Origin: Thermoplasmata archaeon
GTDB lineage: Archaea > Thermoplasmatota > Thermoplasmata > UBA10834
DNA: 64,000 bases
Reading direction: 5' to 3'
NCBI GenBank assembly: GCA_029864565.1
Contig: JAOTTD010000006.1
Coordinates: 2,415 to 66,414 of the forward strand
Shown here: positions 49,969 through 59,840 of the stretch, piece after piece
Layout of the letters: the number at the start of each line of letters is the position of its first letter
How positions within the stretch are numbered: the stretch's first letter is position 1
Notes under the pieces: model-generated
Told to the model about the DNA's origin: nothing
The model's input: only the letters and a program-made list of their open reading frames with translations
Databases searched by the model: none
Program-made: the position numbers and the translations under genes

Positions 49969-51449
49969 GCGATGTCCGGCCTCATGTGGGGGAACAGGAT
50001 GACTTCTTTGATTGACGGAGCGTTAGTCACGATCATGGCGAACCTGTCGATGCCAATGCCCAACCCTCCGGTCGGCGGCAGGCCATATTCCAGCGCCCGC
50101 ACGTAGTCCGTATCTATGGGATGAGTCTCCTCGTCACCTCCCTTCTTTAGACGGTCCTGCTCCCTGAACCTCTGCTCCTGCTCGACCGGGTCGTTGAGTT
50201 CGGAGAATGCATTTGCGAATTCCCAGCCGTTGATGAACAACTCGAACCGTTCCACAAGGTGTGGCGCGCCCCTCTTCCTCTTGGCTAGAGGCGACACCTC
50301 TATCGGATGGTCTATGATGAATACCGGGTTTATGAGTTCGGGCTGGACCTTCTGGTCGAATATCTGCGAGACTACCTTGCCGGCGTCCAAGCAATCATCG
50401 ATGTCCCTGACTCCGAGTCCTCGAGCGGCCTCCTTCGCCTTGTCAACGGTGTCTAGCGTGGAGACATCCAGACCGGTGTACTTCTCTATAGCCTCACCCA
50501 TGGTTATCCTGGGCCATGGCTTCGCGAAGTTCAGGGTTCTCTCCCCGTACTCGAACATCTCGGTTCCCACGATATGCATCGCTGTGTCGTAGAGAAGCGA
50601 TTCCGTCAGGTCCATTATGTCGTTGTAGTCTACATAGGCCTGATAGAGCTCCATCGAAGTGTATTCTGGATAGTGCTGGGCGTCGATGTCCTCGTTCCTG
50701 AAGTTCTTCCCTATCTCGTACACGGCCTCGAGCGTGCCAACGATGCATCTTTTGTGATAGAGTTCTGGCGCTATCCTGAGATACAGGTCTATGTCGAGGT
50801 AGTTGTGGTGTGTGACAAAGGGTTTGGCCAACGCTCCGCCGTATAACGGTTGGAGGATCGGCGTCTCGACCTCTATGAATCCCTTCTCATTGAGCCAGTC
50901 ACGAATGAAAGCTATCATCCTGCTCCTCTTGATGAACCGCGAGCGGACATCTTCGTTCATGAGGAGGTCCAAGTACCGCTGTCTGTACCTCATCTGGACA
51001 TCCTGAAGTCCATGGAACTTCTCAGGCAAAGGTGTCAGCGCCTTGCTGAGGACCTGGAACTCCGTGACGGCCACGGTAATCTCACCAGTCTTGGTCCTGA
51101 ACACATTGCCCTTGGAACCTACGATGTCGCCTCGATCCATGGTCTGGAAGAGTTTCCACTGCTTGTCGCCGATGTCGTTCATGCGGAAGTAGAGCTGGAT
51201 TTTCCCGTTTCGGTCCACCAGGTCGGCGAAGCCGGCCTTCCCATGAATCCTCTTCGCCATGATCCTTCCCGCAACAGAGACGACATCCGTGCTCCTTTCG
51301 GAACCCATGTCGGCGTACTCCTCCGCGACCTTCGCTGAGGAGTGGGTGCGGTCATATCTGTAGATCTTGTAGGGGTCGAATCCCTCTCTCTGCATGTTCT
51401 CAAGGTTCTTCCTCAATTGGGCCTTGAGGTCGCTATCCTGCTCTGGCAT
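49965..51449 (-). CDS. lysS: Lysyl-tRNA synthetase, class II
   Basis: OB-fold N-terminus, RYRQRYLDL, LRIAPELY, FRNE, ELNDP, GLGIGIDR. Confidence 0.98.
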   Translation of the reverse strand: MPEQDSDLKAQLRKNLENMQREGFDPYKIYRYDRTHSSAKVAEEYADMGSERSTDVVSVAGRIMAKRIHGKAGFADLVDRNGKIQLYFRMNDIGDKQWKLFQTMDRGDIVGSKGNVFRTKTGEITVAVTEFQVLSKALTPLPEKFHGLQDVQMRYRQRYLDLLMNEDVRSRFIKRSRMIAFIRDWLNEKGFIEVETPILQPLYGGALAKPFVTHHNYLDIDLYLRIAPELYHKRCIVGTLEAVYEIGKNFRNEDIDAQHYPEYTSMELYQAYVDYNDIMDLTESLLYDTAMHIVGTEMFEYGERTLNFAKPWPRITMGEAIEKYTGLDVSTLDTVDKAKEAARGLGVRDIDDCLDAGKVVSQIFDQKVQPELINPVFIIDHPIEVSPLAKRKRGAPHLVERFELFINGWEFANAFSELNDPVEQEQRFREQDRLKKGGDEETHPIDTDYVRALEYGLPPTGGLGIGIDRFAMIVTNAPSIKEVILFPHMRPDIA

Positions 51450-51605
51450 CAGGCATCTCCTCCGCTGGGTACGCTCTCATATCCTGAGGGCGTACTTAAA
51501 AGTAATCGCCCTCTGTCTCCTGCCGACGTCCACAACACTCTCCGTGTGACTGACATTCCACTCACCAGAACTCCGTCGAAACCCGTGCAATGCGCGCGGG
51601 TCTCG

Positions 51606-51980
51606 CTAAGGCTTCTTCCTTTTCTTCTCAGCATCCTCGATTGCCGCGAGAAGTTCTTCGATTCTGAACGGCTTCAGCAAGAAACCTTTGGCACCAGCAG
51701 CAAGAGCCTCCTTTTCTATGTGGAGATCCGCGCTTCCGAAGAAGATGGCGGCATCGGGGTTGATGCGGAGAATCTCCTGCGTCGCGCTCACGCCATCCCT
51801 GACAGGCATTCTCTGGTCCATGATGATTACTACCGGCTTCTCCTTCATCTTCTTGTACTTTCGGACGGCTTCCTCACCGTCAGAAGCCACATCAATGACC
51901 TCGTGACCGTGGGCTTCGAGGATGTCCCTGTACAATTCGACGATGAACTTTTCGTCGTCTACAAGAAACACGGTCGCGAT
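51606..51980 (-). CDS. Single-domain CheY-like response regulator
   Basis: FLVDD, MDQRMP..DG, SA, KPF; likely ATC start at 51980 (ORF track uses GTG 51971). Confidence 0.92.
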   Translation of the reverse strand: MATVFLVDDEKFIVELYRDILEAHGHEVIDVASDGEEAVRKYKKMKEKPVVIIMDQRMPVRDGVSATQEILRINPDAAIFFGSADLHIEKEALAAGAKGFLLKPFRIEELLAAIEDAEKKRKKP

Positions 51981-52214
51981 GATATAACCTCCAATCGTAC
52001 TCCCTCAAACGGCAGAGTTTGCGATGTCCCGGCGACGACGCTGATTACAGACCGTTAACAGGCACGGGTAGCCAGGCAGGAATACGCTAATTATACTGTG
52101 ACTTATATAATGATTTTCCTAAAGTCGCAGATGGCGCTGGACTCGATTCGGCCTAAGCGCTGACGCAGCTAAACACTTAAATACAAAAACCTGCAATTGA
52201 GCATGCGAGCATCC

Positions 52215-52382
52215 ATGGCGAAGAACAAGAAGAACGAGGGCTTCCACTCGGCCGCGGGGCTGATTCGATACTTCGATTCCGAGGACGACAAGGCACTCAA
52301 GGTTAACCCTTGGATCGTTGTGGGCCTCTGTATCGGCGTGTCTGCTCTAGTACTCGTGCTCGGGGCTATCTACCCGACCTGA
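52215..52382 (+). CDS. secG: Preprotein translocase Sec61beta subunit
   Basis: SAAGLIRYFD..KVNP + C-terminal TM helix. Confidence 0.93.
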   Translation: MAKNKKNEGFHSAAGLIRYFDSEDDKALKVNPWIVVGLCIGVSALVLVLGAIYPT

Positions 52383-52521
52383 ATCAGTCAGGGGTCGGAT
52401 AGCTGCGAATCATTTGTTGCCTAGTCCATTTACCGCTCACTTGTGTACATCAAATGTCCGAAATCTGACGAAATCAATAAATATCATCTTTGCCCTCGCT
52501 CGGTCGCTCGAGGAATCGAAC

Positions 52522-52563
52522 ATGGTGCAACACAAAGCCGTGTTTGGTAGTCTTCATGCGTAA
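52522..52563 (+). promoter_or_regulatory. Putative his-operon leader peptide MVQHKAVFGSLHA
   Basis: GAGG SD, ATG..TAA, two His codons each in a hairpin arm, downstream of an AATAAATA TATA-like box. Confidence 0.5.
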
Positions 52564-52671
52564 TCTCGCATGTGCCAGTTTGACTCCTAGAGATTTTGCA
52601 GACCCACAGACGCAGCTTAGCGAAGGCTACGTTGAGGAGTTCAGTGCGGTCGCCGCCGAACCAGAGGAGGA

Positions 52672-53544
52672 ATGTTGTTGACTCTGCTGAGAATAGCTAT
52701 ACCAAACAAGGGGAGACTGAACCAGCCAGCTGTGCGCCTCATGAACCGAATAGGTTTTCCAGTGCCTGACTCCAACAGCCGGACGCTGATAGCCGAGTTC
52801 AGGAAAGGGAGATACCAAATACTCTTGGCGAGGGCTCAGGACATCCCTGAGTTTGTCGAGATGGGTGTCGCCGACCTGGGCATCACGGGGCTGGACCTAA
52901 TACTTGAAACGAAGCGAAATGTGGTCAAGATTCGCGAACTTGATTTCGGACGGTGCAGGCTGGTCGTGGCGGTTCCTGACGAATCCGATATCCAGAATGC
53001 ATCGGAAGTGCGGAGCGAGTCCACGGTCGCCACTTCGTTCCCGAAGCTTACGGAAGAGTACTTCAAAGGACTCGGGAAGGAAGTCAAGATAGCTACTGTC
53101 ACGGGGGCCACGGAGATGACCCCTCAGATCGGGCTTGCCGATGTCATCACCGACCTCACCGAGACTGGGTCGACCCTGAAGCTCAACCACCTCAGAGAGG
53201 TAGGAGTGGTTCTCGAGTCTACCGCTGTTCTGGTCGCGAACAGCGGGTCTCTGTCCAGCAAGGGCAGCCGCATAAAAGAGATAACGAGCGCGATTGACAG
53301 CGTCATCGGAGCGTCGCGAAAGAGATATCTGATGGCCAACGTCCCGAGGACCACATTGTCCAACCTTGAGAGCCTCCTGCCCGGCATCTCAGGCCCGACC
53401 ATCATGAATATCATAGGGCGCGAGGACATCGTGGCAATACACGCCGTCGTCAACGATGACGAGGTCAACGGGATCATCGCGGTGCTCAAGGACATTGGAG
53501 GAACAGGCATACTAATCTGCCCGATCGAAAGGATGGTACTCTGA
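52672..53544 (+). CDS. hisG: ATP phosphoribosyltransferase, long form
   Basis: IAIPNKGRL, RAQDIP, GATE, DLTETGSTL; C-terminal regulatory domain. Confidence 0.97.
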   Translation: MLLTLLRIAIPNKGRLNQPAVRLMNRIGFPVPDSNSRTLIAEFRKGRYQILLARAQDIPEFVEMGVADLGITGLDLILETKRNVVKIRELDFGRCRLVVAVPDESDIQNASEVRSESTVATSFPKLTEEYFKGLGKEVKIATVTGATEMTPQIGLADVITDLTETGSTLKLNHLREVGVVLESTAVLVANSGSLSSKGSRIKEITSAIDSVIGASRKRYLMANVPRTTLSNLESLLPGISGPTIMNIIGREDIVAIHAVVNDDEVNGIIAVLKDIGGTGILICPIERMVL

Positions 53545-53545
53545 C

Positions 53546-54832
53546 ATGCTGTCATATGACATCGAGACGGTCACGCCAGAGGAGATCAAACAGATAGTCA
53601 ACAGAGGAGAGGCAGCGCTTGAATCGTCTCTCGAGCGAGCACGCCCGATAGTCGAGACAGTTCGCAAGGACGGAGACGCTGCTGTCATTCGATATGCCAA
53701 AGAGTTCGACGGGTTCGGAGGCGGCTCGTTCACTGTTCCACCAAGTACCATCAGGAGCGCCCCGTCTCGCATACCGTCGGCGTTGCTGTCCGCAATCAAG
53801 GATAGCAGGCGACGGATCGAGGCCTATCACATCAAGCAGAAGCTGAAAGGGTTCGAGTTCAAAGATTCATGCGGCGTGTTCGGGCAGAAGGTGGTCCCGT
53901 TGGAGCGGGTGGGGATATACGCCCCTGGCGGGACAGCCAGCTATGCATCATCTGTGTTGATGACAGCCGTCCCCGCGAGAGTGGCGGGGGTAGAGGAGAT
54001 CGTTCTCTGCACGCCGTCCAAGAACGGCGTTGTTGACGATGTCGTGTTGGCCGCAGCGAGTATTGTGGGCATCGAAGAGGTATATGCCATCGGAGGTGCC
54101 CAGGCGATTGGAGCAATGGCATACGGCACAGAAACCGTGCGGCGAGTCGCGAAGATGGTAGGTCCTGGCGGTGCGATCGTCACGGCTGCGAAGCTCCTCG
54201 TCAGGAAAGACTGCGAAATCGATTTCCTCGCCGGGCCTTCGGAAGTTCTGATAATTACAGACAGTAGCACCGATCCGGCGCTCGTCGCGGTGGAGATGCT
54301 AGCCCAGCTCGAACACGACCCCAACGCCATCGCTCTGGCAATCTCCACATCGAACAAGGTGATTGGAGAATCGATGAATCTGTTGGGCGGGATGATACAG
54401 AAGGCCGAGAGGAAGGATGTGATCGAAGTGGCCGCAAAGAAGGGTGCTATATTCATTAAGGTCCGCAACCTCCGACAGGCCTTGCAGATATCCAACGATT
54501 TCGCCCCAGAACACTTGGTGATAGATACAAGGGATCCCGAGGCTCTACTGGATGAGGTCCGAGCCGCCGGATCGGTGTTCTTGGGCAAATGGTCGTCCGT
54601 CGCCTTCGGAGACTACTGTGCGGGCACGAACCATGTCCTGCCGACGATGGGCATGGCTCGGTCGCGATCGGCTCTATCAGTCTACGACTTTGTCAGGACA
54701 ATTCCATATCAAGAACTGACCCGGAAGGGCGCGGAGAGGTTGGCCCCTGTTGCGGCTAAGATGGCCGAGGCCGAGGGATTGCCAGCTCACGCGTCAGCGG
54801 CAAATGCGAGAACTGGTGGTGATGACAGGTGA
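53546..54832 (+). CDS. hisD: Histidinol dehydrogenase
   Basis: GIYAPGG, GGAQAI, AGPSE, QLEH, APEHL, GDY.AGTNHVLPT. Confidence 0.97.
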   Translation: MLSYDIETVTPEEIKQIVNRGEAALESSLERARPIVETVRKDGDAAVIRYAKEFDGFGGGSFTVPPSTIRSAPSRIPSALLSAIKDSRRRIEAYHIKQKLKGFEFKDSCGVFGQKVVPLERVGIYAPGGTASYASSVLMTAVPARVAGVEEIVLCTPSKNGVVDDVVLAAASIVGIEEVYAIGGAQAIGAMAYGTETVRRVAKMVGPGGAIVTAAKLLVRKDCEIDFLAGPSEVLIITDSSTDPALVAVEMLAQLEHDPNAIALAISTSNKVIGESMNLLGGMIQKAERKDVIEVAAKKGAIFIKVRNLRQALQISNDFAPEHLVIDTRDPEALLDEVRAAGSVFLGKWSSVAFGDYCAGTNHVLPTMGMARSRSALSVYDFVRTIPYQELTRKGAERLAPVAAKMAEAEGLPAHASAANARTGGDDR

Positions 54833-55893
54833 CGTCAATGGGCGAGTTGAGGAGGCGGTCGCTCGAGCTGCTGAGCCGCCCGTCATATTGCCTCGTCGAC
54901 AAGGAACTGTTGATACTGAACAACAACGCGAATCTGTTCGGCATGAACCCTGCCGTTCAAGAGGTGGCGGACTCTTTCGATTTCGGCAAGCTGTGGTCGT
55001 ACCCGAGCGAGAACTCCGACCTCCTGAGAGAACGCATCGCATCCGAGTTGTCAACCTCGCCTGACGAGGTCATCGTCGGAAACGGGTCCGACGAGCTTCT
55101 GGATATCGTGTCGAAGACGTTCATCAACCCCGGAGATACGTTCTGTCAAGCCATTCCGACGTTCCGTATGTACAAATTCTACGCCATGGTGAATATGGCG
55201 ACCGTCGAGGAGAAGATGTTGCTCGGAGATTTCGCCTTGCCTACAGAGGATATCTTGAACGAAGAGGCGAAGATGGTCGCGCTCTGTCAACCCAACAACC
55301 CGACGGGCAATCTGCTCGACAGAGATGATGTCGAACGGATATTGGCGGAATCCGATGGCATAGTGCTTCTGGATGAGGCATACAGCGACTTCTGCGATTC
55401 GAACATGCTCAGTGAGGTGCTGGCGTCAGAGCACGGCATCGATGTCAGAACCTTTTCCAAGGCCTACGGGATCGCGGGCCTCAGGGCAGGCTTCGCAATA
55501 GCCAGGAAAGAGATTGTGGACGAATTGAGACACGTCCGCACACCGTTTGGACTGAATTCGCTCACGGAGGCCGTCGCCGTGGCAGCGTTGGATCACAAGG
55601 ACTGGGTGGATGCCAAGGTGGCGGAGATGAAGTCCGAACGTGAATTCCTCACAAACAAGATGCGTGCGCTCGGCTTCAAGGTGTATCCCTCGGAATGCAA
55701 CTTCATACTGTGCAAGGCTCCGGTCAGCAGCGCGGGTCTCGTTAGTGCCCTTATTGAGAAGGGGATTGCCATCAGAGATTTCGGAGCTTATCCTCTTCTT
55801 GAGGACCATGTCAGAGTGACTATCGGACCGAGAGAATACATGAACATGCTGTTGGAGGCCGTCGCGCCTCTGGTCAACGGAGAACCATCATGA
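54829..55893 (+). CDS. hisC: Histidinol-phosphate aminotransferase
   Basis: GNGSDE, PNNPTG, DEAY, RTFSKAYG.AGLR. Confidence 0.96.
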   Translation: MTSMGELRRRSLELLSRPSYCLVDKELLILNNNANLFGMNPAVQEVADSFDFGKLWSYPSENSDLLRERIASELSTSPDEVIVGNGSDELLDIVSKTFINPGDTFCQAIPTFRMYKFYAMVNMATVEEKMLLGDFALPTEDILNEEAKMVALCQPNNPTGNLLDRDDVERILAESDGIVLLDEAYSDFCDSNMLSEVLASEHGIDVRTFSKAYGIAGLRAGFAIARKEIVDELRHVRTPFGLNSLTEAVAVAALDHKDWVDAKVAEMKSEREFLTNKMRALGFKVYPSECNFILCKAPVSSAGLVSALIEKGIAIRDFGAYPLLEDHVRVTIGPREYMNMLLEAVAPLVNGEPS

Positions 55894-56489
55894 AGATCAC
55901 AGTTGTCGACTACGGAGTAGGAAACCTGCACAGCATATCGAAGGGGCTTGAGCGTGCGGGGGCGAGCGTGCAGGTATCATCCTCACCTAGAGAGATTGCC
56001 GAGGCGCGATGCATCGTCTTCCCCGGTGTCGGGGCATTCGGTGCGGCGATGGAAGTACTCCGTCCGGGAATCGACGAGCTACGATCGGCCATCTCCGGAG
56101 GCGTTCCCACGCTAGGCATATGTCTTGGCATGCAGGTTCTCTTCGAACGGAGTGAGGAGTCGCATGGTGACGGCCTTGCAGTGCTCGGAGGGTCAGCCGT
56201 GCGATTGAACGCCCCGCGAGTCCCGCACATGGGCTGGAACAATGTGTCGGACTCAGACGACGGACTCTTCGAAGGAATCAACCCCGATGATCAGTTCTAC
56301 TTCGCAAATTCATACGTGTGCCGTCCGACCGAAAGAGTCACAATCTCGGAAACTGAATACGGTGAGAGGTTCCCTGCTGCAGTCAGGAAGGGCGCTATAT
56401 GCGGAACGCAGTTCCACCCGGAGAAGAGCAGCGCTCCAGGCCTTAGGCTGCTTTCGAACTTCATCAGGATCTCGGAGGAGACAGCATGA
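55890..56489 (+). CDS. hisH: Imidazole glycerol phosphate synthase glutaminase subunit
   Basis: DYGVGN, PGVG, GICLGMQ, QFHPEKS. Confidence 0.97.
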   Translation: MKITVVDYGVGNLHSISKGLERAGASVQVSSSPREIAEARCIVFPGVGAFGAAMEVLRPGIDELRSAISGGVPTLGICLGMQVLFERSEESHGDGLAVLGGSAVRLNAPRVPHMGWNNVSDSDDGLFEGINPDDQFYFANSYVCRPTERVTISETEYGERFPAAVRKGAICGTQFHPEKSSAPGLRLLSNFIRISEETA

Positions 56490-57196
56490 AAGTGATACCG
56501 GCGATTGACGTGAAGGGCGGTAAAACCGTCCAACTCATAGGTGGCAAACCAGGGACGGAGCGCTTCGAGATTAAGGACGTGACTGGGATTGCCCGCAGGT
56601 GGCAAGACGAGGGCGCTGAGATGATCCACATCATCGACCTCGATTCCGCAATGGGAGTCGGCAGCAACGAGGAACTGATTGAGAACATCATCGGAGCTCT
56701 GTCGGTCCCGGTTCAGGTAGGAGGTGGCATCAGAACCCCGGAGAAGATTCACAGGCTCTTCGAGATAGGCTGTGAGAGGGTGATCGTGGGCACACGGGCC
56801 ATTCAAGAAAGATCCTTTGTCGAGGACATGTCGCAACAGTACACTGACGGAATTGTGGTGGCGTTGGATTCAGCCGACGACAAGGTATTGATAAAGGGCT
56901 GGCAGGAAAGCTCAGGGAAGGACATATACGATGTAGCCAAGAACCTCGAGTCCCTCCCTATCTGGGGCTTCCTGTACACGAACGTTGAAGTCGAGGGGCG
57001 TCTCGAAGGGATAAACCCCGCCCCCATAGAGAAGCTAATCAAGGCCACGAGCAAGCCCGTCATCGTGTCTGGCGGCATAACCACTCCAGCAGATCTGATG
57101 ACGCTCCAGCGGATGGGCGTGGATTCCGTCGTGGTTGGTACTGCGATATACACAGGACGCATCCATTTCAAGAGGGCCGTGAGGGAATTCTCATGA
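56486..57196 (+). CDS. hisA: ProFAR isomerase
   Basis: IPAIDVKGG, HIIDLD, VGGGIR, SGG. Confidence 0.96.
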   Translation: MKVIPAIDVKGGKTVQLIGGKPGTERFEIKDVTGIARRWQDEGAEMIHIIDLDSAMGVGSNEELIENIIGALSVPVQVGGGIRTPEKIHRLFEIGCERVIVGTRAIQERSFVEDMSQQYTDGIVVALDSADDKVLIKGWQESSGKDIYDVAKNLESLPIWGFLYTNVEVEGRLEGINPAPIEKLIKATSKPVIVSGGITTPADLMTLQRMGVDSVVVGTAIYTGRIHFKRAVREFS

Positions 57197-57759
57197 GCCA
57201 AACCGGCCAAGTGCGCTGCGCGAACGTCACTAGGGAGACCGGGGAAACCGAGGTGCGTGTCAGACTAGGCATCGACGGCCCCAGTAGAACTGAGTGTGAC
57301 ATAACCGATGAGTTCCTTCGCCACATGGTCGAAACACTGGCGAGGTATTCAGGCGTGGATCTTGAGATATCGGCGAGAGGGGACATCGACCACCATCTCA
57401 TCGAGGACGTGGCGATTACACTCGGCCGAGCCTACAGGGAAGCCATCGGGGAATCACCCATCATGCGAATCGCCAGCGCAGTCGTGCCGATGGACGAAGC
57501 GCTCGTCCAAGCGACGGTCGATTTGATAGATCGCCCGTTCGTGCACTTGGAGCTCCCGGATGAGATGTACACCCACTTCGTTAGATCGTTCGCGATGGAG
57601 TTGAGGGCGACGGTCCACACGATAGTCCTGAGAGGAAAGAACAATCACCACATCGTGGAGGCGACGTTCAAAGCCCTTGGTACGGCGCTGGGTCAGGCAA
57701 TGTTGCGGACAGGTTCGGCCTTGTCCACAAAATCGTCTGTAAAATGGGGTGTCGAGTGA
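57193..57759 (+). CDS. hisB: Imidazoleglycerol-phosphate dehydratase (monofunctional)
   Basis: RETGET, DHHLIED, PMDEA, NHHIVE. Confidence 0.96.
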   Translation: MSQTGQVRCANVTRETGETEVRVRLGIDGPSRTECDITDEFLRHMVETLARYSGVDLEISARGDIDHHLIEDVAITLGRAYREAIGESPIMRIASAVVPMDEALVQATVDLIDRPFVHLELPDEMYTHFVRSFAMELRATVHTIVLRGKNNHHIVEATFKALGTALGQAMLRTGSALSTKSSVKWGVE

Positions 57760-58523
57760 TGCCTCTGACCAAGAGGATTATACCCTGCCTCGACGTGAAA
57801 GGCGGCGTGGTGGTGAAGGGAGTGCGTTTTAAGGGACTGACGGATGTGGGAGATCCTCCAACACTCGCAGTTAGGTACCAGGAACAAGGGGCGGATGAGA
57901 TCGTGTTCCTGGATGTCAATGCCTCAGTCGCGGGAGCGGAGACGCTGAGAGCAGCTGTCCAGAAGACCGCCGAGCAGCTGTTCATTCCTCTTACCGTGGG
58001 CGGCGGCGTCAGGACGTTCGAGGATGTTAGAAGGATGCTGAGAGTGGGAGCGGACAAGGTATCGATCAACACCGCTGCAGTAGCGAAACCTTCGCTCATT
58101 ACAGAGTGTGCGAATGCTTTTGGAAGCCAGTGTGTGGTGGTTGCGATAGACGCCAAACGGTCCGATGACGGATGGAAGGTGCACACACACTCCGGAACGC
58201 AACCCGCTCAGAGGGACGTTGTCGAGTGGGCAAGAGAGGTCTGCGAGCTAGGAGCCGGGGAGATATTGCTCACGAGCATGGACTGCGACGGCGTCAAGGA
58301 AGGCTACGATCTCGACCTGACACGACGAGTGGTCAGGGAAGTGGGTGTTCCAGTGATAGCGTCAGGTGGATGCGGCAGCTTAGACCACATCGTCAAGGTG
58401 CTTTCCGATGGCGAGGCGGACGCCGCTTTGGCCGCGTCGATTTTCCATTTCGACGAGCATACGGTCAGAGACGTCAAGAAAGAACTAGTAGCGAAGGGTA
58501 TACCTGTGAGGTGGTGCGGATGA
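57759..58523 (+). CDS. hisF: Imidazole glycerol phosphate synthase cyclase subunit
   Basis: RIIPCLDV, GADE, VGGG, GADKVSIN, ASGG, AASIFH. Confidence 0.97.
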   Translation: MPLTKRIIPCLDVKGGVVVKGVRFKGLTDVGDPPTLAVRYQEQGADEIVFLDVNASVAGAETLRAAVQKTAEQLFIPLTVGGGVRTFEDVRRMLRVGADKVSINTAAVAKPSLITECANAFGSQCVVVAIDAKRSDDGWKVHTHSGTQPAQRDVVEWAREVCELGAGEILLTSMDCDGVKEGYDLDLTRRVVREVGVPVIASGGCGSLDHIVKVLSDGEADAALAASIFHFDEHTVRDVKKELVAKGIPVRWCG

Positions 58524-59098
58524 ATCCAGAAAATGCGCTGATACCGGTCGTGGTCCAGGATGTGAAGAACAACAATGTGTTGATGGTAGCGTTCACGAAC
58601 GACGAGGCGCTCGAGCTGACCAAGAAGACTGGATACATGCATTATTGGAGCCGTTCTAGGCAGAAGATATGGAAGAAAGGCGAGACCTCCGGCAACGTCC
58701 AGAAGGTAATCGAGCTGCTGACCGATTGCGATGATGACGCGATACTCGCGAGAGTGGAACAGGCCGGCGTCGCTTGCCACCAGGGTACATACTCCTGTTT
58801 CCTGGACCGCCCCGTAGCCGCGAACGACATCATCTCCGAGCTGTGGCGTGTGTTCGAGGAGCGGAAGCAGGGACAGAGCGAATCATCGTACACGTGCCGT
58901 CTCTTCAACAATCGCAACCTCCTGCTAAAGAAGATCGCCGAGGAGAGTTCGGAGGTTATCATCGCCGCCAAGGATAAGAAGCGCGAGGAGATTGTCTACG
59001 AGGCAGCGGATCTCATGTTTCACCTCATGGTGTTGCTGTTCGACGAGGGTGTTCTTATGCAGGACATCTACAAGGAACTGGAGGGCAGGAGGAAATGA
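58520..59098 (+). CDS. hisIE: Bifunctional PR-AMP cyclohydrolase / PR-ATP pyrophosphatase
   Basis: YWSRSR, GETSGN, DCDDD, ACHQG..SCF; KKIAEE, YEAADL; start ATG 58520. Confidence 0.96.
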   Translation: MNPENALIPVVVQDVKNNNVLMVAFTNDEALELTKKTGYMHYWSRSRQKIWKKGETSGNVQKVIELLTDCDDDAILARVEQAGVACHQGTYSCFLDRPVAANDIISELWRVFEERKQGQSESSYTCRLFNNRNLLLKKIAEESSEVIIAAKDKKREEIVYEAADLMFHLMVLLFDEGVLMQDIYKELEGRRK

Positions 59099-59763
59099 GG
59101 GCTAGACGCAGCGATTTCCACACTCACACGGTGTTCAGCGATGGCGAGCTGCTGCCGATGGAGCTGATACGCCGCGCGGCAGTCGCAGACCATCGTGCGA
59201 TTGCGATTACCGATCACGCTTCGTTCTCGAACATCGATTGGTTAGTGCGTAATGTTGCGAAGGACTGTGCCAAAGCTGACGCATGGGGAATTGAAGCCAT
59301 TACCGGCGTAGAGATTACCCACGTGCCCGTAAAATACATCGACGAAGCAGTGAAGTTGGCAAGGGACTCTGGGGCCGAACTCGTGGTGGTTCACGGTGAG
59401 ACTACGGCGGAGCCAGTAGAACAGGGAACCAACAATGCCGCTGTCTCGAACCCTGACGTAGACATTCTGGCCCATCCAGGCATGATATCCGAGGAGGACG
59501 CGAGGAAGGCGGCGGAGAACGGCGTTTACCTTGAGATATCCTGCAGAAGAGGACACTCAGCCGCGAACGGACATGTCTCTTCAGTTGCGAAGGCGGCAGG
59601 GGCGAGGATGCTTGTTAACACAGACGCGCACTCTCCGGAGGACCTCAGTAGCATGGCAATTGCCACTAACATTGCCAGGGGCTCTGGCCTGGACGCGGAC
59701 GCCATCAGGATGGCCCTTGTGACCAACCCGGAATCGCTGCTGGGCAAGCTCGGAAGGCTATGA
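59095..59763 (+). CDS. PHP-domain protein, probable histidinol-phosphate phosphatase
   Basis: DFHTHT..SDG, AITDH, VHGET, AHPG, DAH; last gene of the his operon, where HisB lacks a phosphatase domain. Confidence 0.85.
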   Translation: MRARRSDFHTHTVFSDGELLPMELIRRAAVADHRAIAITDHASFSNIDWLVRNVAKDCAKADAWGIEAITGVEITHVPVKYIDEAVKLARDSGAELVVVHGETTAEPVEQGTNNAAVSNPDVDILAHPGMISEEDARKAAENGVYLEISCRRGHSAANGHVSSVAKAAGARMLVNTDAHSPEDLSSMAIATNIARGSGLDADAIRMALVTNPESLLGKLGRL

Positions 59764-59840
59764 GGTATGAATCATCACAGCTAGCGAAAAGAGTTGATAA
59801 CTGAGATATAGCGCATCGGCAGATACCAGTATCGAAATAC

